Source: an uncultured Collinsella sp.
GTDB taxonomy: Bacteria; Actinomycetota; Coriobacteriia; Coriobacteriales; Coriobacteriaceae
NCBI GenBank assembly: GCA_902494345.1
Contig: CABUSV010000013.1
Coordinates: 5,482 to 69,481, forward strand
Length of the DNA: 64,000 nt
Reading direction: 5' to 3'
In this document: positions 9,198 through 19,494 of the stretch, in pieces
Layout of the letters: every line of letters begins with the position of its first letter
Position numbering within the stretch: the first letter of the stretch is position 1
The notes under the pieces: generated by a model
What the model saw: only the letters and a program-made list of their open reading frames with translations
The model's database searches: none
Told to the model about the DNA's origin: nothing
Translations under genes and position numbers: made by a program

Positions 9198-9309
9198 TGG
9201 TAAACAACCTGCTAAAAACGTTTTACCAAACGTCAGGCTAACAATTTTGAAACCCTAATTGGTAAAACTGTCAAGAGTTTTACCACGGCAATTCTGCCAG
9301 TGGTATAAA
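9198..9309. promoter_or_regulatory. Operator-like TGGTAAAAC repeats and putative promoter of the glg operon
   Basis: TAAAAACGTTTTACCA 9213-9228; inverted repeat TGGTAAAACT/AGTTTTACCA 9260-9285; TGgTATAAA 9301-9309. Confidence 0.5.
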
Positions 9310-9521
9310 CATGTCGCTTACCGATTAAACGCCCCCGCAAATCCGCTTTCGTCCATAAAACTAACGCACAGGTGTTATCGTAGTTTCTGCCGAAAGTTCC
9401 ACCGAGCACGCGAGGTGGAACGAATCACAGAAACTTCGCCGTCCCTTCGATTCGTGCAGCCTTGGACCTTTCGCATCTAGTCACCAAGGCAACACGCTGC
9501 CGCGTCATGATGGGATCAAAC

Positions 9522-11768
9522 GTGAGCGAAACAAAGCTAAAGCCAACGGCTAAAAAGCCCGCAACCCGCAAACCGGCTCCGCACGCACCGGAGCTCTCCA
9601 AGGACGATGTCTACCTGTTTGGCATTGGAATGTGGGAGCGCAGTTGGGAAAAGATGGGCGCGCATCCCGACACGCAGCAGCGCACGCGCGGCTGGCGCTT
9701 TTGCGTTTGGGCGCCCGACGTAAAGAGTGTCCATGTCATTGGCGAATTTAACGACTGGGATGAGCAAGCCAACCCGCTGGTGCCCGTGCATACGAGCGCT
9801 ATTTGGGAAGGCTTTATTCCTGGCGCCGAGCAGGGCCAGCTCTATAAATATCTCATCGAGACCAATGAGGGCGAGAAGCTCTACAAGGCCGATCCGTATG
9901 CCTTTAAGGCCGAGTGCCCTCCGGGTACTGCCAGCGTGCTGTGGACCTTGGATGGCTACAAGTGGAACGACGCCGCGTGGCTCAAGCGCCGCGCCGGCCA
10001 CAACCACATGTCGCAGCCACTCAACATCTACGAGGTGCATATCGGCTCGTGGAAGCGCCACGGCGACGCGCCGCAGGGCGAGCCGGACGAGTACGGCAAC
10101 TACCCCGGCCCCATGGATCCCTTCCCCGCGCAGCGCGGCGAGTTTTACACCTACGACGACCTGTCGGTCGAGCTCGTGGACTACGTGCGCGACATGGGCT
10201 ATACGCATATCGAAGTCATGCCGCTTATGGAGCATCCGTTCGATGGATCCTGGGGCTACCAGACAACCGGCTACTATGCCGCCACGTCGCGCTACGGCAA
10301 CCCGCAGCAACTCATGCACTTTATCGATGCGTGCCACGAGGCGGGCATCGGCGTGATCATGGACTGGGTACCCGGCGGTTTTTGCGCCGACTCCCACGGC
10401 CTTGCCACCTTTAACGGCCACATGCTGTTTGAGCACGAGATTCACCCCAACTGGGGCACGCACAAGTTTGACTTCGCCCGTGGCGAGGTCCGCTCCTTCC
10501 TGGTCTCTAACGTACTGTATTGGCTCGAGAACTTCCACGTGGACGGCATTCGCATGGACGGCGTGTCCAGCATGCTATACCTCAACTTTGGCATCGACGA
10601 TCCGGGCCAAAAGAAGTTCAACAAGTACGGAACCGAGGAGGACCTGGACGCCAGCGCGTTTATCCGTCAGGTCAACTGCGCCGTGGAGGCACACTACCCT
10701 GACGTGATGATGATGGCCGAGGAGTCCACCGCGTGGCCGCTCGTGACCTACCCGCCGCAGGACGGCGGCCTGGGCTTCCACTACAAGTGGGACATGGGCT
10801 GGATGAACGACACCCTGCACTACATGCAGACCGATTTTCCGTGGCGCCCCGGCAACCACGGGCTGCTCACGTTCTCCATCATGTACGCCTTTACCGAGAA
10901 CTTCATTTGCCCGCTGAGCCACGACGAAGTCGTGCACGGCAAGTGCTCGCTCATCGGCCGCATGCCGGGTGACTGGTGGCGTCAGTTTGCCGGCCTGCGT
11001 ACGCTGGCTTTCTACCAAATGACGCACCCCGGTGCCAAGCTCAACTTTATGGGCAACGAGATCGGCCAGTTTATTGAGTGGCGCTACTACGAGTCCATCC
11101 AGTGGTTCCTGACCGAGGAGTACGAGACCCACCGTCATCATCAGGCGTTTATCAAGGCGCTCAACCACCTGTACACCGCCGAGCCTGCCCTGTACGAGCG
11201 CGGCTACACCGACGACGGCTTTACCTGGATTGACGCGGATAACTCCAAGCAGTCCATCGTGAGCTTTGTGCGCCAGGGCGAGGACGTCGATGACGACCTG
11301 GTGATCTTGATCAACTTTGACCCGGCGAGCTACGAGAGCTTCCACGTGGGCGTGCCGCGCGAGGGTGACTGGGAGGTCATCTTCGATTCCGACCGTCCCG
11401 AGTTTGGCGGAAGCGGATACGCCGGTGAGGAGCCCTACACCTGCTCGAGCGAGCCCTATCCCTGGAACGGGCAGATGGACTCTATTGAGATTAAGGTGCC
11501 CGGTCTGGCTGGCGTGGTACTCAAGCGCCGCGGTCCCAGCAGCTATAAACCGCCCGTGGTCGAGGAACCCAAGAAGGCAACGCGCAAGCGTGCGTCCTCG
11601 GTAAAGCCCAAGGCCGCGGCTGCCAAGAAGGCTCCGGCTAAGGCGAAGACTGCCAAGCCCGCTGCCAAGGCTTCGACCAAGTCCACCACGACCAAGAAGT
11701 CAGCCACCAAAAAGGCTGCTCCCAAGGCCAAAGCAGCTGCTGTTAAGGCTCATGCCAAGAAAACGTAA
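9522..11768 (+). CDS. glgB: 1,4-alpha-glucan branching enzyme with C-terminal Lys/Ala-rich tail
   Basis: VWAP, YEVHIGSW, HPFDGSWGYQ, DGIRMDGV, AEEST, LSHDEVVHGK; start uncertain (9507/9510/9522). Confidence 0.95.
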   Translation: MSETKLKPTAKKPATRKPAPHAPELSKDDVYLFGIGMWERSWEKMGAHPDTQQRTRGWRFCVWAPDVKSVHVIGEFNDWDEQANPLVPVHTSAIWEGFIPGAEQGQLYKYLIETNEGEKLYKADPYAFKAECPPGTASVLWTLDGYKWNDAAWLKRRAGHNHMSQPLNIYEVHIGSWKRHGDAPQGEPDEYGNYPGPMDPFPAQRGEFYTYDDLSVELVDYVRDMGYTHIEVMPLMEHPFDGSWGYQTTGYYAATSRYGNPQQLMHFIDACHEAGIGVIMDWVPGGFCADSHGLATFNGHMLFEHEIHPNWGTHKFDFARGEVRSFLVSNVLYWLENFHVDGIRMDGVSSMLYLNFGIDDPGQKKFNKYGTEEDLDASAFIRQVNCAVEAHYPDVMMMAEESTAWPLVTYPPQDGGLGFHYKWDMGWMNDTLHYMQTDFPWRPGNHGLLTFSIMYAFTENFICPLSHDEVVHGKCSLIGRMPGDWWRQFAGLRTLAFYQMTHPGAKLNFMGNEIGQFIEWRYYESIQWFLTEEYETHRHHQAFIKALNHLYTAEPALYERGYTDDGFTWIDADNSKQSIVSFVRQGEDVDDDLVILINFDPASYESFHVGVPREGDWEVIFDSDRPEFGGSGYAGEEPYTCSSEPYPWNGQMDSIEIKVPGLAGVVLKRRGPSSYKPPVVEEPKKATRKRASSVKPKAAAAKKAPAKAKTAKPAAKASTKSTTTKKSATKKAAPKAKAAAVKAHAKKT

Positions 11769-11862
11769 CAAAGGCGTTACCACTGTAATTACCCGCCCCG
11801 CGGGGGCGTAGGATACAAGTCATAACCGTTCCGGGAGAAACATCCCCGGGGGAAAGGAACGT

Positions 11863-14289
11863 ATGAATAAGATCTTCGACAACAAGCAGGAGTTTACCGA
11901 GCTCTATCGCGATGCCGTCATGAGCATCAGCGGCAAGAGCGTCAAGGCCGCCAGTGACCTCGACCGCTTTAACGCCCTAGCCAAGCTCGTGGCCGAGAAG
12001 GCACGCACCGTTGCCACCAAGAGCGACGCCCGTGCGGCCGCCGAGGGCAAAAAGCGCGTGTACTACTTCTCGATCGAGTTTTTGATCGGCCGCCTGCTCG
12101 ACAACTACCTGCTCAACTTTGGCGTGCGCGACATGGTCGCCGAGGCGCTCGACGACATGGGCTTTGACCTGTCCGTCATCGAGAACCAGGAGCCCGATCC
12201 GGCGCTGGGCAACGGTGGCCTGGGCCGTCTGGCCGCGTGCTTCCTGGATTCCATGGCAGCCGAGGGCATTGCCGGCTACGGCAACGGCATGCGCTACCGC
12301 TACGGCCTGTTTAAGCAGGAGATCGTCAACGGCAGCCAGGTCGAGGCCACCGACGAGTGGCTCACCCACGGCTATCCCTGGGAGGTCCGTCGTCAGGACA
12401 AGGCCGTGACCATCAAGTTTGGCGGCCGCGTCGAGGGTTTTGAGGACAACGGCCGCACGTTCTACCGCACGGTGGACACGCAGGACATCTTGGCCGTCCC
12501 CTACGACATCCCCGTGGTGGGTTATGCCGGCGAGACCGTCAACAAGCTGCGCGTCTGGGCCGCTGAGCCGGTCGAGGAGCACTTCGATCTGGAGGCCTTC
12601 AACCGCGGTGACTACGCCCTGGCCGATGCCGAGCGCGCCGAGGCCGAGGCCATCAGCGCCATCCTCTACCCCAATGACGCCGGCGAGCACGGCCGACTGC
12701 TGCGCCTGAAGCAGGAGTACCTGTTTGTCTCGGCCGGCATCTACAGCCTGCTCGACACCTTTGAGAAGGAGCACGGCGAGAACTGGGAGCTGCTGCCGCA
12801 GTTTGTGGCCATCCACACCAACGACACGCACCCCGCCATGTGCGGCCCCGAGCTTATGCGTATCCTCATCGACGAGAAGAAGCTCGAGTGGGACGACGCC
12901 TGGAACATCGTGACGCAAGTCGTGAGTTACACCAACCACACCATCCTGCCCGAGGCTCTGGAGAAGTGGCCCATCGGCACGTTCTCCAAGCTCCTCCCCC
13001 GCGTGTACCAGATCATCGACGAGATCAGCCGTCGTTGGCACGAGTCGTTCGACACCACGCAGGAGGGCTGGCAGGAGCGTCTGCGCCAGACCGCCATCCT
13101 GTGGGACGGCGAGATTCGCATGGCCAACCTTTCCGTGATCTGCAGCCACAGCGTCAACGGCGTGGCCAAGATCCACTCCGACATCATCAAGAACATCGTG
13201 CTCAAGGACTTCTATGCCCTGACGCCCGAGAAGTTCAACAACAAGACCAACGGCATCTCGCACCGTCGCTTCTTTGCCGAGGCCAACCCCACATACGCCA
13301 AGCTCGTGACCGAAGCCATTGGCGACGGCTGGCTGAAGGACGCCTTTGAGCTGGAGAAGCTTAAAGGTTTTCAGAACGACACCGAGTTCCTGAAGGCCGT
13401 GGGTGCCTCCAAGCGCGCCAACAAGGAGCGTCTGGCCGCCTACGTTAAGGCCGAGACCGGTCTGGTCATCGACCCCAACACCGTCTTCGATGTCCAGGTA
13501 AAGCGCTTCCATGCCTACAAGCGCCAGCTCATGAACATCATGAAGGTGATGGACATCTACAACCGTCGCATCGCCGACCCCAACTTCCACGTGACGCCGA
13601 CGACCTTCATCTTTAGCGGCAAGGCTGCCTCGAGCTATACCTTCGCCAAGGAGACCATCCGCCTCATTAACTCCGTGGCCGACGTCATCAACAACGACGC
13701 CCGCGTGAACGAGGTCATGAAGGTCTGCTTTATTCCCAACTTCCGCGTGAGCAATGCCCAGCTCATCTACCCCGCCGCCGAGATCTCGGAGCAGATTTCC
13801 ACGGCCGGCAAAGAGGCCTCGGGCACGTCCAACATGAAGCTCATGATGAACGGCGCCATTACGCTGGGCACCCTCGACGGCGCCAATATCGAGATCGCAG
13901 ATCTGGCCGGTCGCGAGAACGAGGCCATCTTTGGCCTGACCGCCCCCGAGGTCGAGCAGCTCTGGGCATCCAACAGCTACTTTGCGTGGGATACCCTCAA
14001 CAACGATCGCGAGCGTCTGGGCCGCGTGATGGACGAGCTCAAGGACAACACCTTTGCGGGTCTTTCGGGCAACTTCGAGAGCATCTACAACGAGCTCATG
14101 AACAACAACGACCCCGACTTGGTCATGGCCGACTTCCGCAGCTACGTGGATGCATGGGAGAAGCTCACGAACAGCTACGACGACCAGGAGACCTGGAACC
14201 GCAAGGCCCTGCTCAACACCGCTTCGAGCGGCTGGTTCTCGAGCGACCGCACCATTCGCGAGTACCGCGACGAGATCTGGCACGCGTAG
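11863..14289 (+). CDS. glgP: Glycogen/maltodextrin phosphorylase
   Basis: LGNGGLGRLAACFLDS, NDTHP, EASGTSNMKLMMNG (PLP lysine). Confidence 0.97.
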   Translation: MNKIFDNKQEFTELYRDAVMSISGKSVKAASDLDRFNALAKLVAEKARTVATKSDARAAAEGKKRVYYFSIEFLIGRLLDNYLLNFGVRDMVAEALDDMGFDLSVIENQEPDPALGNGGLGRLAACFLDSMAAEGIAGYGNGMRYRYGLFKQEIVNGSQVEATDEWLTHGYPWEVRRQDKAVTIKFGGRVEGFEDNGRTFYRTVDTQDILAVPYDIPVVGYAGETVNKLRVWAAEPVEEHFDLEAFNRGDYALADAERAEAEAISAILYPNDAGEHGRLLRLKQEYLFVSAGIYSLLDTFEKEHGENWELLPQFVAIHTNDTHPAMCGPELMRILIDEKKLEWDDAWNIVTQVVSYTNHTILPEALEKWPIGTFSKLLPRVYQIIDEISRRWHESFDTTQEGWQERLRQTAILWDGEIRMANLSVICSHSVNGVAKIHSDIIKNIVLKDFYALTPEKFNNKTNGISHRRFFAEANPTYAKLVTEAIGDGWLKDAFELEKLKGFQNDTEFLKAVGASKRANKERLAAYVKAETGLVIDPNTVFDVQVKRFHAYKRQLMNIMKVMDIYNRRIADPNFHVTPTTFIFSGKAASSYTFAKETIRLINSVADVINNDARVNEVMKVCFIPNFRVSNAQLIYPAAEISEQISTAGKEASGTSNMKLMMNGAITLGTLDGANIEIADLAGRENEAIFGLTAPEVEQLWASNSYFAWDTLNNDRERLGRVMDELKDNTFAGLSGNFESIYNELMNNNDPDLVMADFRSYVDAWEKLTNSYDDQETWNRKALLNTASSGWFSSDRTIREYRDEIWHA

Positions 14290-14397
14290 AGGCGCGCGAG
14301 CTCCCTTATGCCAGCACGGCATTATTCGGTGGGCGCGACCAGGCGCCGTGCCCACCGCTAATGGGTTTAAGAACATCGATGACAGAAGGAGAAATCG

Positions 14398-15546
14398 ATG
14401 AGTAAGAAAGAATGCATCGCGATGCTCCTCGCAGGAGGACAGGGCAGCCGATTGGGGGCACTCACCCAAAAGATCGCTAAGCCGGCGGTTAGCTTTGGTG
14501 GCAAGTTCCGCATTATCGACTTTTCGCTGTCCAACTGCTCCAACTCGGGCATCGACACGGTGGGCGTTCTGACGCAGTATCGTCCCTACCTGCTGCATGC
14601 CTATGTTGGCTCCGGCGAGGCGTGGGATCTGGACAGCCGCGACGGCGGCGTGTCGATCCTGCCGCCGTACGAGACGCAGACCGGCGGCGCCTGGTATGCG
14701 GGCACGGCCGACGCCATTACGCAGAACCTCGACTACATCAAGGCCAACGACCCCAAGTACGTCCTGATTCTGTCTGGCGATCACCTGTATCGCATGGACT
14801 ACCGCAAGATGCTCAAGACGCACATCGAGAACAACGCCGACCTCACGGTGAGCGTTATGCCCGTGCCGTGGGAGGAGGCCAGTCGCTTTGGTATCCTGAC
14901 CACCGACCCCGAGGACGGCCGCATCACCAAGTTCACCGAGAAGCCCGATAAGCCCGATTCGAACCTCGCGTCCATGGGCATCTACATCTTCTCGGCCGAC
15001 GTCCTGATCGAGGCGCTCGAGGAGGACGCTCTGGACCAGCGCTCGAGCCACGACTTTGGCAAGGACATCATCCCCAAGCTGCTCGGCGAGGGCAAGCGCC
15101 TGTACAGCTACGAGTTTCACGGCTTTTGGAAGGACGTCGGCACCATCGCCAGCTTCCACGAGACCTCGATGGACCTGCTGGGCAACAACCCCGAGTTCGA
15201 CCTGTTCGACAAGCACTTCCCCATCATGTCCAACATCACCACGCGTCCGCCGCACTACATTGGTCCGGACGGCCGCCTGGACGACTGCCTGGTCTCCAAC
15301 GGCTGCAAGATCTACGGCACCGCTCGCCACTCGATCCTTTCGACCGATGTCATCATCGAGGAGCGCGCCGTGGTCGAGGACTCTGTGCTGCTGCCGGGTG
15401 CGCACGTTAAGAGCGGCGCGCACATCTGCCGCGCTATTTTGGGCGAGAACTCCACGGTCGAAGAGGGCGTGAAGCTCGGCTCTGTCGATACCACCAAGGA
15501 TACGGCCGTCGTTGGAAATGACGTCGTTATCGGGAAGGGGGAATGA
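14398..15546 (+). CDS. glgC: Glucose-1-phosphate adenylyltransferase
   Basis: [10 protein letters not shown]...[35 protein letters not shown]. Confidence 0.97.
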   Translation: MSKKECIAMLLAGGQGSRLGALTQKIAKPAVSFGGKFRIIDFSLSNCSNSGIDTVGVLTQYRPYLLHAYVGSGEAWDLDSRDGGVSILPPYETQTGGAWYAGTADAITQNLDYIKANDPKYVLILSGDHLYRMDYRKMLKTHIENNADLTVSVMPVPWEEASRFGILTTDPEDGRITKFTEKPDKPDSNLASMGIYIFSADVLIEALEEDALDQRSSHDFGKDIIPKLLGEGKRLYSYEFHGFWKDVGTIASFHETSMDLLGNNPEFDLFDKHFPIMSNITTRPPHYIGPDGRLDDCLVSNGCKIYGTARHSILSTDVIIEERAVVEDSVLLPGAHVKSGAHICRAILGENSTVEEGVKLGSVDTTKDTAVVGNDVVIGKGE

Positions 15547-15550
15547 TCCG

Positions 15551-16678
15551 ATGATCAATCGCAAGGCCATCGGTTATATCACCGCTAACTACTCTTCGAC
15601 CTACGGCAGCGTGCTGCTCAAGGACCGCCCCATCGCGTCCGTTCCGTTTTTGGGCCGCTACCGCCTGATCGACTTCCCGCTGTCCAACATGATGAATGCC
15701 GGCATTAAGACCGTCGGCGTCGTCATGCCGGGCAACTACCGCTCGCTGATCGACCACGTGGGCTCGGGCAAGGACTGGGGCCTGGACCGCAAGAAGGGCG
15801 GCCTGTTCATGGTGCCCGGCAACGCGTATGGCACCACCAAGGGCGGCATGCGCTTCCTGCTGCGCGACATCATCTCTAACAAGACGCTGTTCCAGCGCTC
15901 GGACAAGCCCTACGTTGTGATGATGGGCACCAACATCATCTTTAACATGGACCTCAACACCATCATCGACGCGCACGAGAACTCCGGTGCCCAGATGACC
16001 GTGGTGTACTGCAAGGCCACGCGCAACGTCGATGACGAGACTAAGCTCGAGATTAACGAGAACGGCCGCCTGACGGGCGTGAGCGCCGGCGTCGTGTACG
16101 GCGACAACGCCTCTATGGACTGCTGCATCGTCAACCGCGAGACGCTGCTCGAGATCATCGACCACTACCAGGCCGCCGACTATCTGGACCTGCTCGAGGC
16201 ACTCCAGGGCGACTTTGGCAACATCGACGTGTGCAGCTACGAGTACAAGGGCGAGGTCGTGGGCGTGTTTAGCGAGAAGTCGCTGTACCGCCGCAGCATG
16301 GACCTGCTCGACCAGACCGTGGCCGACCATCTCTTCGACCCCGAGCGCCCGATTCTGACCAAGGCTCACGACGTGCCGCCTTCGCGCTATGCGACCGGCA
16401 GCCACGCCTGCAACTCGATCATCTCGGCCGGCTGCATCATCAAGGGCACCGTGCGTAACTCGATCCTGTCGCGCGGCGTCGTGGTCGAGGAAGGCGCCTC
16501 GGTGACGAACTCGATCATCAACCAGAGCTGCGTCATCAAGAGCGGCGCCCGCGTTGAGAATGCAATCCTGGACAAGAACAACGTGGTTCCCACCAACACC
16601 GAGCTTCGCGGCACGCCCGAGAACATCCTGGTGCTGGGAAAGGCCCCGTTAACTTCTGATATCACCAACGCGAGCTAG
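15551..16678 (+). CDS. glgD: ADP-glucose pyrophosphorylase subunit GlgD
   Basis: RPIASVPFLGRYRLIDFPLSNM, YRSLIDHVGSGKDWGLDRKKGGLF; lacks the catalytic N-terminal motif. Confidence 0.93.
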   Translation: MINRKAIGYITANYSSTYGSVLLKDRPIASVPFLGRYRLIDFPLSNMMNAGIKTVGVVMPGNYRSLIDHVGSGKDWGLDRKKGGLFMVPGNAYGTTKGGMRFLLRDIISNKTLFQRSDKPYVVMMGTNIIFNMDLNTIIDAHENSGAQMTVVYCKATRNVDDETKLEINENGRLTGVSAGVVYGDNASMDCCIVNRETLLEIIDHYQAADYLDLLEALQGDFGNIDVCSYEYKGEVVGVFSEKSLYRRSMDLLDQTVADHLFDPERPILTKAHDVPPSRYATGSHACNSIISAGCIIKGTVRNSILSRGVVVEEGASVTNSIINQSCVIKSGARVENAILDKNNVVPTNTELRGTPENILVLGKAPLTSDITNAS

Positions 16679-16768
16679 CTTTGGCACCGCAACATCGCTC
16701 GTAACACGTAGAATAGCCGCCCGGTTTGCGCCTGGCGGCTATTCTCGAATTACAACATGGGAGACAAT

Positions 16769-19063
16769 ATGGCTGATTCCAGCAAAAAGATGCAGATCGT
16801 GTTTGCCTCGGCCGAGTGCGCGCCGTTTGTGAAGACCGGTGGCCTGGGCGACGTGGCGGGCTCGCTGCCTGCGGCGCTTGTACGCGCCGGCGCCGAAGTC
16901 ATCGTGATGGTGCCCAAGTACGCCACCATCAAGGACGAGTACAAGGCACAAATGGAGCACTTCTCCGACTTTTACGTGAGCCTGGGCTGGCGCAATGAGT
17001 ACTGCGGACTCGAGAAGCTCGAGCACGACGGCGTCACCTATATGTTCATCGACAACGAGCGCTACTTTGCGCGCGACTATCCGTACGGCTTCTTTGACGA
17101 CGGCGAGCGTTTTGCGTTCTTCTCCAAGGCCATCACTGAGAGCCTGCAGCACCTGCCGGCCGGCTTTGAGTGCGACATCCTGCACTGCAACGACTGGCAG
17201 ACGGCACTGGCGCCCGTGTTCTTGCGTGAGTTCTACCAGGGCCTGCCGCTGTACGACCGCGTCAAGACCGTGTTCTCGATCCACAACGTGGCGTTCCAGG
17301 GCCAGTTTAGCGACACCGTAATGGAGGACATCCTGGGTGTGGCGCACATTCCGGCGGCTGCCTCGCAGCTGCGTTGCGACGCCTGCAGCATCAACTACAT
17401 GCTGGGCGCCCTGCGCTATGCCGACGCCATCACTACGGTGAGCCCCACCTACGCGGGCGAGATCCAGACGCCCGAGTTTGGCGAGGGCCTGGACGGCGTT
17501 CTGCGCGAGCGTTCGTACGCGCTGCAGGGCATTTTGAACGGCATTGACGTGACGGGCTTTGACCCGGCGACCGATAAGCGCATTGCCGCCAACTACACCG
17601 TCGAGGACCGTTCTGGAAAGGCCGTGTGCAAGGCCAAGCTGCAGGAAGAGCTGGGGCTCGAGGTTCGCGACGACCGCCCGCTCATGGTGATGGTCACGCG
17701 CCTGACGCGCCAGAAGGGCATGGACCTGGTCATGTACGCGCTCGACCGCATCCTGTCCGGCGGCGTGCAGGTGGCGGTTCTAGGCACCGGCGACCGCGAC
17801 TACGAGGACGGCCTGCGATACTTCCAGGACAAGTACCCCGGCACCATGGCCGCGCGCATCGAATTCGATCCGGCGCTGTCACAGCGCATGTATGCTGCCG
17901 CCGATATGTTCCTGATGCCTTCGAAGTTTGAGCCCTGCGGCCTGTCGCAGATCATCGCCATGCGCTACGGCACCCTGCCCATCGTGCGCGAGACCGGTGG
18001 CCTGAAGGACACCGTGATCCCGTATAACGAGTTTACCGGCGAGGGCACGGGCTTCTCGTTTAGCAACTTTAACGGCGACGAGATGGGCGATGCGGTATTC
18101 CGCGCGGCGCGTCTGTTCTGGGATAACCGCGACGCCTGGAACCAGCTGGTCACGCAGGCCATGAGCCAGGACTTTAGCTGGACGCGCTCGGCCGACAAGT
18201 ATCTGGACCTGTACTTCTTTATGCACCCGGAGATTGAGAGGCCGGCGGCTGTTGTCGTCGAGCCTGAGGCTGTTGCTGAGCCGGTGGCCGCAGAGGAGCC
18301 CAAGGTCGAGGAGAAGCCGGCTGTCGAGGCCGAGGTAAAGCCCGCAGCGAAGCCTGCCGCCAAGAAGACGACGGCCCGCAAGGCAACGGCTAAGAAGGCT
18401 ACGGCCACGAAGGCCGCTGCGAGCAAGACCACCGCTGCCAAGACAACTACCGCCAAGGCAACGACGACGCGCAAGCGTACGACCGCCGCTGCCAAGAAGG
18501 TCGCCGAGGCCGAGGTCGCTCCCGAGGTAAAGGCCGAAACCGCCACCGCCGAGGCTAAGCCTGCGGCAAAGGTACCGGCTAAGGCCGCTGCCAAGAAGAC
18601 GACCACGACCGCCAAGAAGGCAACGGCCGCCAAGAAGACCACGGCAACGAAGTCGACGAGCACGAAGGCTACTACGACGAAGGCCGCCGCGAAGACGACC
18701 CCGAAGGCAGTCGCAAAGCCGGCCGGCAAAGTCGAGGAGACGCCCTCCGAGTCCAAGGCCGAGGCAGCTGTCGAGGCAAAGCCGGCTGCCAAGACTACCA
18801 CGCGCAAGCGCACTACCACGACGGCCAAAAAGGCCACGACCAAGGCTGCTGCTCCCAAGGCAGAGGCTAAGGCCGAGGACAAGCCCGCAGTAAAGGCCGA
18901 GCCGGCACCGAAGGCTGCTGAGGTCAAGACCGCTCCGAAGGCTACGGCAAAGACCGAGCCCGCCAAGGAGGCCCCGGTCTCCCCCGCCGCTAAGACTGAG
19001 GAAAAGGCTCCGACCAAGAAGACCTCCGTCCGTAAGGCAACGGCCACCCGCAAGCGCCACTAA
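16769..19063 (+). CDS. glgA: Glycogen synthase with about 270-aa Lys/Ala/Thr/Pro-rich C-terminal extension
   Basis: KTGGLGDV, HCNDWQT, PSKFEPCGLSQ; RBS GGGAGA before ATG 16769. Confidence 0.96.
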   Translation: MADSSKKMQIVFASAECAPFVKTGGLGDVAGSLPAALVRAGAEVIVMVPKYATIKDEYKAQMEHFSDFYVSLGWRNEYCGLEKLEHDGVTYMFIDNERYFARDYPYGFFDDGERFAFFSKAITESLQHLPAGFECDILHCNDWQTALAPVFLREFYQGLPLYDRVKTVFSIHNVAFQGQFSDTVMEDILGVAHIPAAASQLRCDACSINYMLGALRYADAITTVSPTYAGEIQTPEFGEGLDGVLRERSYALQGILNGIDVTGFDPATDKRIAANYTVEDRSGKAVCKAKLQEELGLEVRDDRPLMVMVTRLTRQKGMDLVMYALDRILSGGVQVAVLGTGDRDYEDGLRYFQDKYPGTMAARIEFDPALSQRMYAAADMFLMPSKFEPCGLSQIIAMRYGTLPIVRETGGLKDTVIPYNEFTGEGTGFSFSNFNGDEMGDAVFRAARLFWDNRDAWNQLVTQAMSQDFSWTRSADKYLDLYFFMHPEIERPAAVVVEPEAVAEPVAAEEPKVEEKPAVEAEVKPAAKPAAKKTTARKATAKKATATKAAASKTTAAKTTTAKATTTRKRTTAAAKKVAEAEVAPEVKAETATAEAKPAAKVPAKAAAKKTTTTAKKATAAKKTTATKSTSTKATTTKAAAKTTPKAVAKPAGKVEETPSESKAEAAVEAKPAAKTTTRKRTTTTAKKATTKAAAPKAEAKAEDKPAVKAEPAPKAAEVKTAPKATAKTEPAKEAPVSPAAKTEEKAPTKKTSVRKATATRKRH

Positions 19064-19086
19064 TCCGGACGATTCAAACTTAATCC

Positions 19087-19133
19087 TCAACGCAAAAGAG
19101 GGCGCCCCAACCAGGCGCCCTCTTTTGCGTTGA
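19087..19133 (+). terminator. Intrinsic terminator after glgA
   Basis: 20-bp perfect inverted repeat TCAACGCAAAAGAGGGCGCC / GGCGCCCTCTTTTGCGTTGA. Confidence 0.85.
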
Positions 19134-19155
19134 ACTTCTCTAGTAAAAAGAAGCC

Positions 19156-19287
19156 CGGTTTACTACGACAAAATGGCTCCGGCTGACCACGGCGAGTAAT
19201 CTACGAAATTGGCAACGCCTCTACCTGCGGTTTTAATATCATCAAAATGTCCGTGGTTGAGATCATTCAATTCATCGTAGTAAACCG
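19156..19287. repeat. Palindromic intergenic element, about 130 bp
   Basis: CGGTTTACTACGA / TCGTAGTAAACCG terminal arms; inner ACCACGG/CCGTGGT. Confidence 0.6.
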
Positions 19288-19494
19288 AAGTACTTTTGTT
19301 TGGCTACAAATAGTATCGGTATAGGCGTTTTTGAATATCGCGATAATCTGGATGGTAAAACGATTTTCTAGGACAACCGTTCGCCGATGGTAAACGGATG
19401 TTGTTTATACAGCCTGTGTACAACAGATATACTTACATCCTGTGCGTAAAGCCCATGGCCAGCTGGCCATGATTCTATTGAACTGGACCGTACT

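Noticed and set aside
11977..15570. 1197-aa minus-strand ORF and similar long antisense ORFs (for example 25892-27508, 28984-30375, 51797-53845)
   Set aside because: They are shadows of well-supported genes on the opposite strand; high-GC codon bias suppresses stops, and they show no recognisable motifs
18300..19060. Repeated GCCAAGAAG/ACCACG units as a possible CRISPR or tandem DNA array
   Set aside because: The repeats are degenerate, codon-phased and lack constant repeat-spacer periodicity; no cas genes are present
17879..19090. Hydrophobic or Gly/Leu/Arg-rich antisense ORFs over the glgA tail
   Set aside because: Mirror translation of the K/A/T low-complexity repeat; no RBS or family signature
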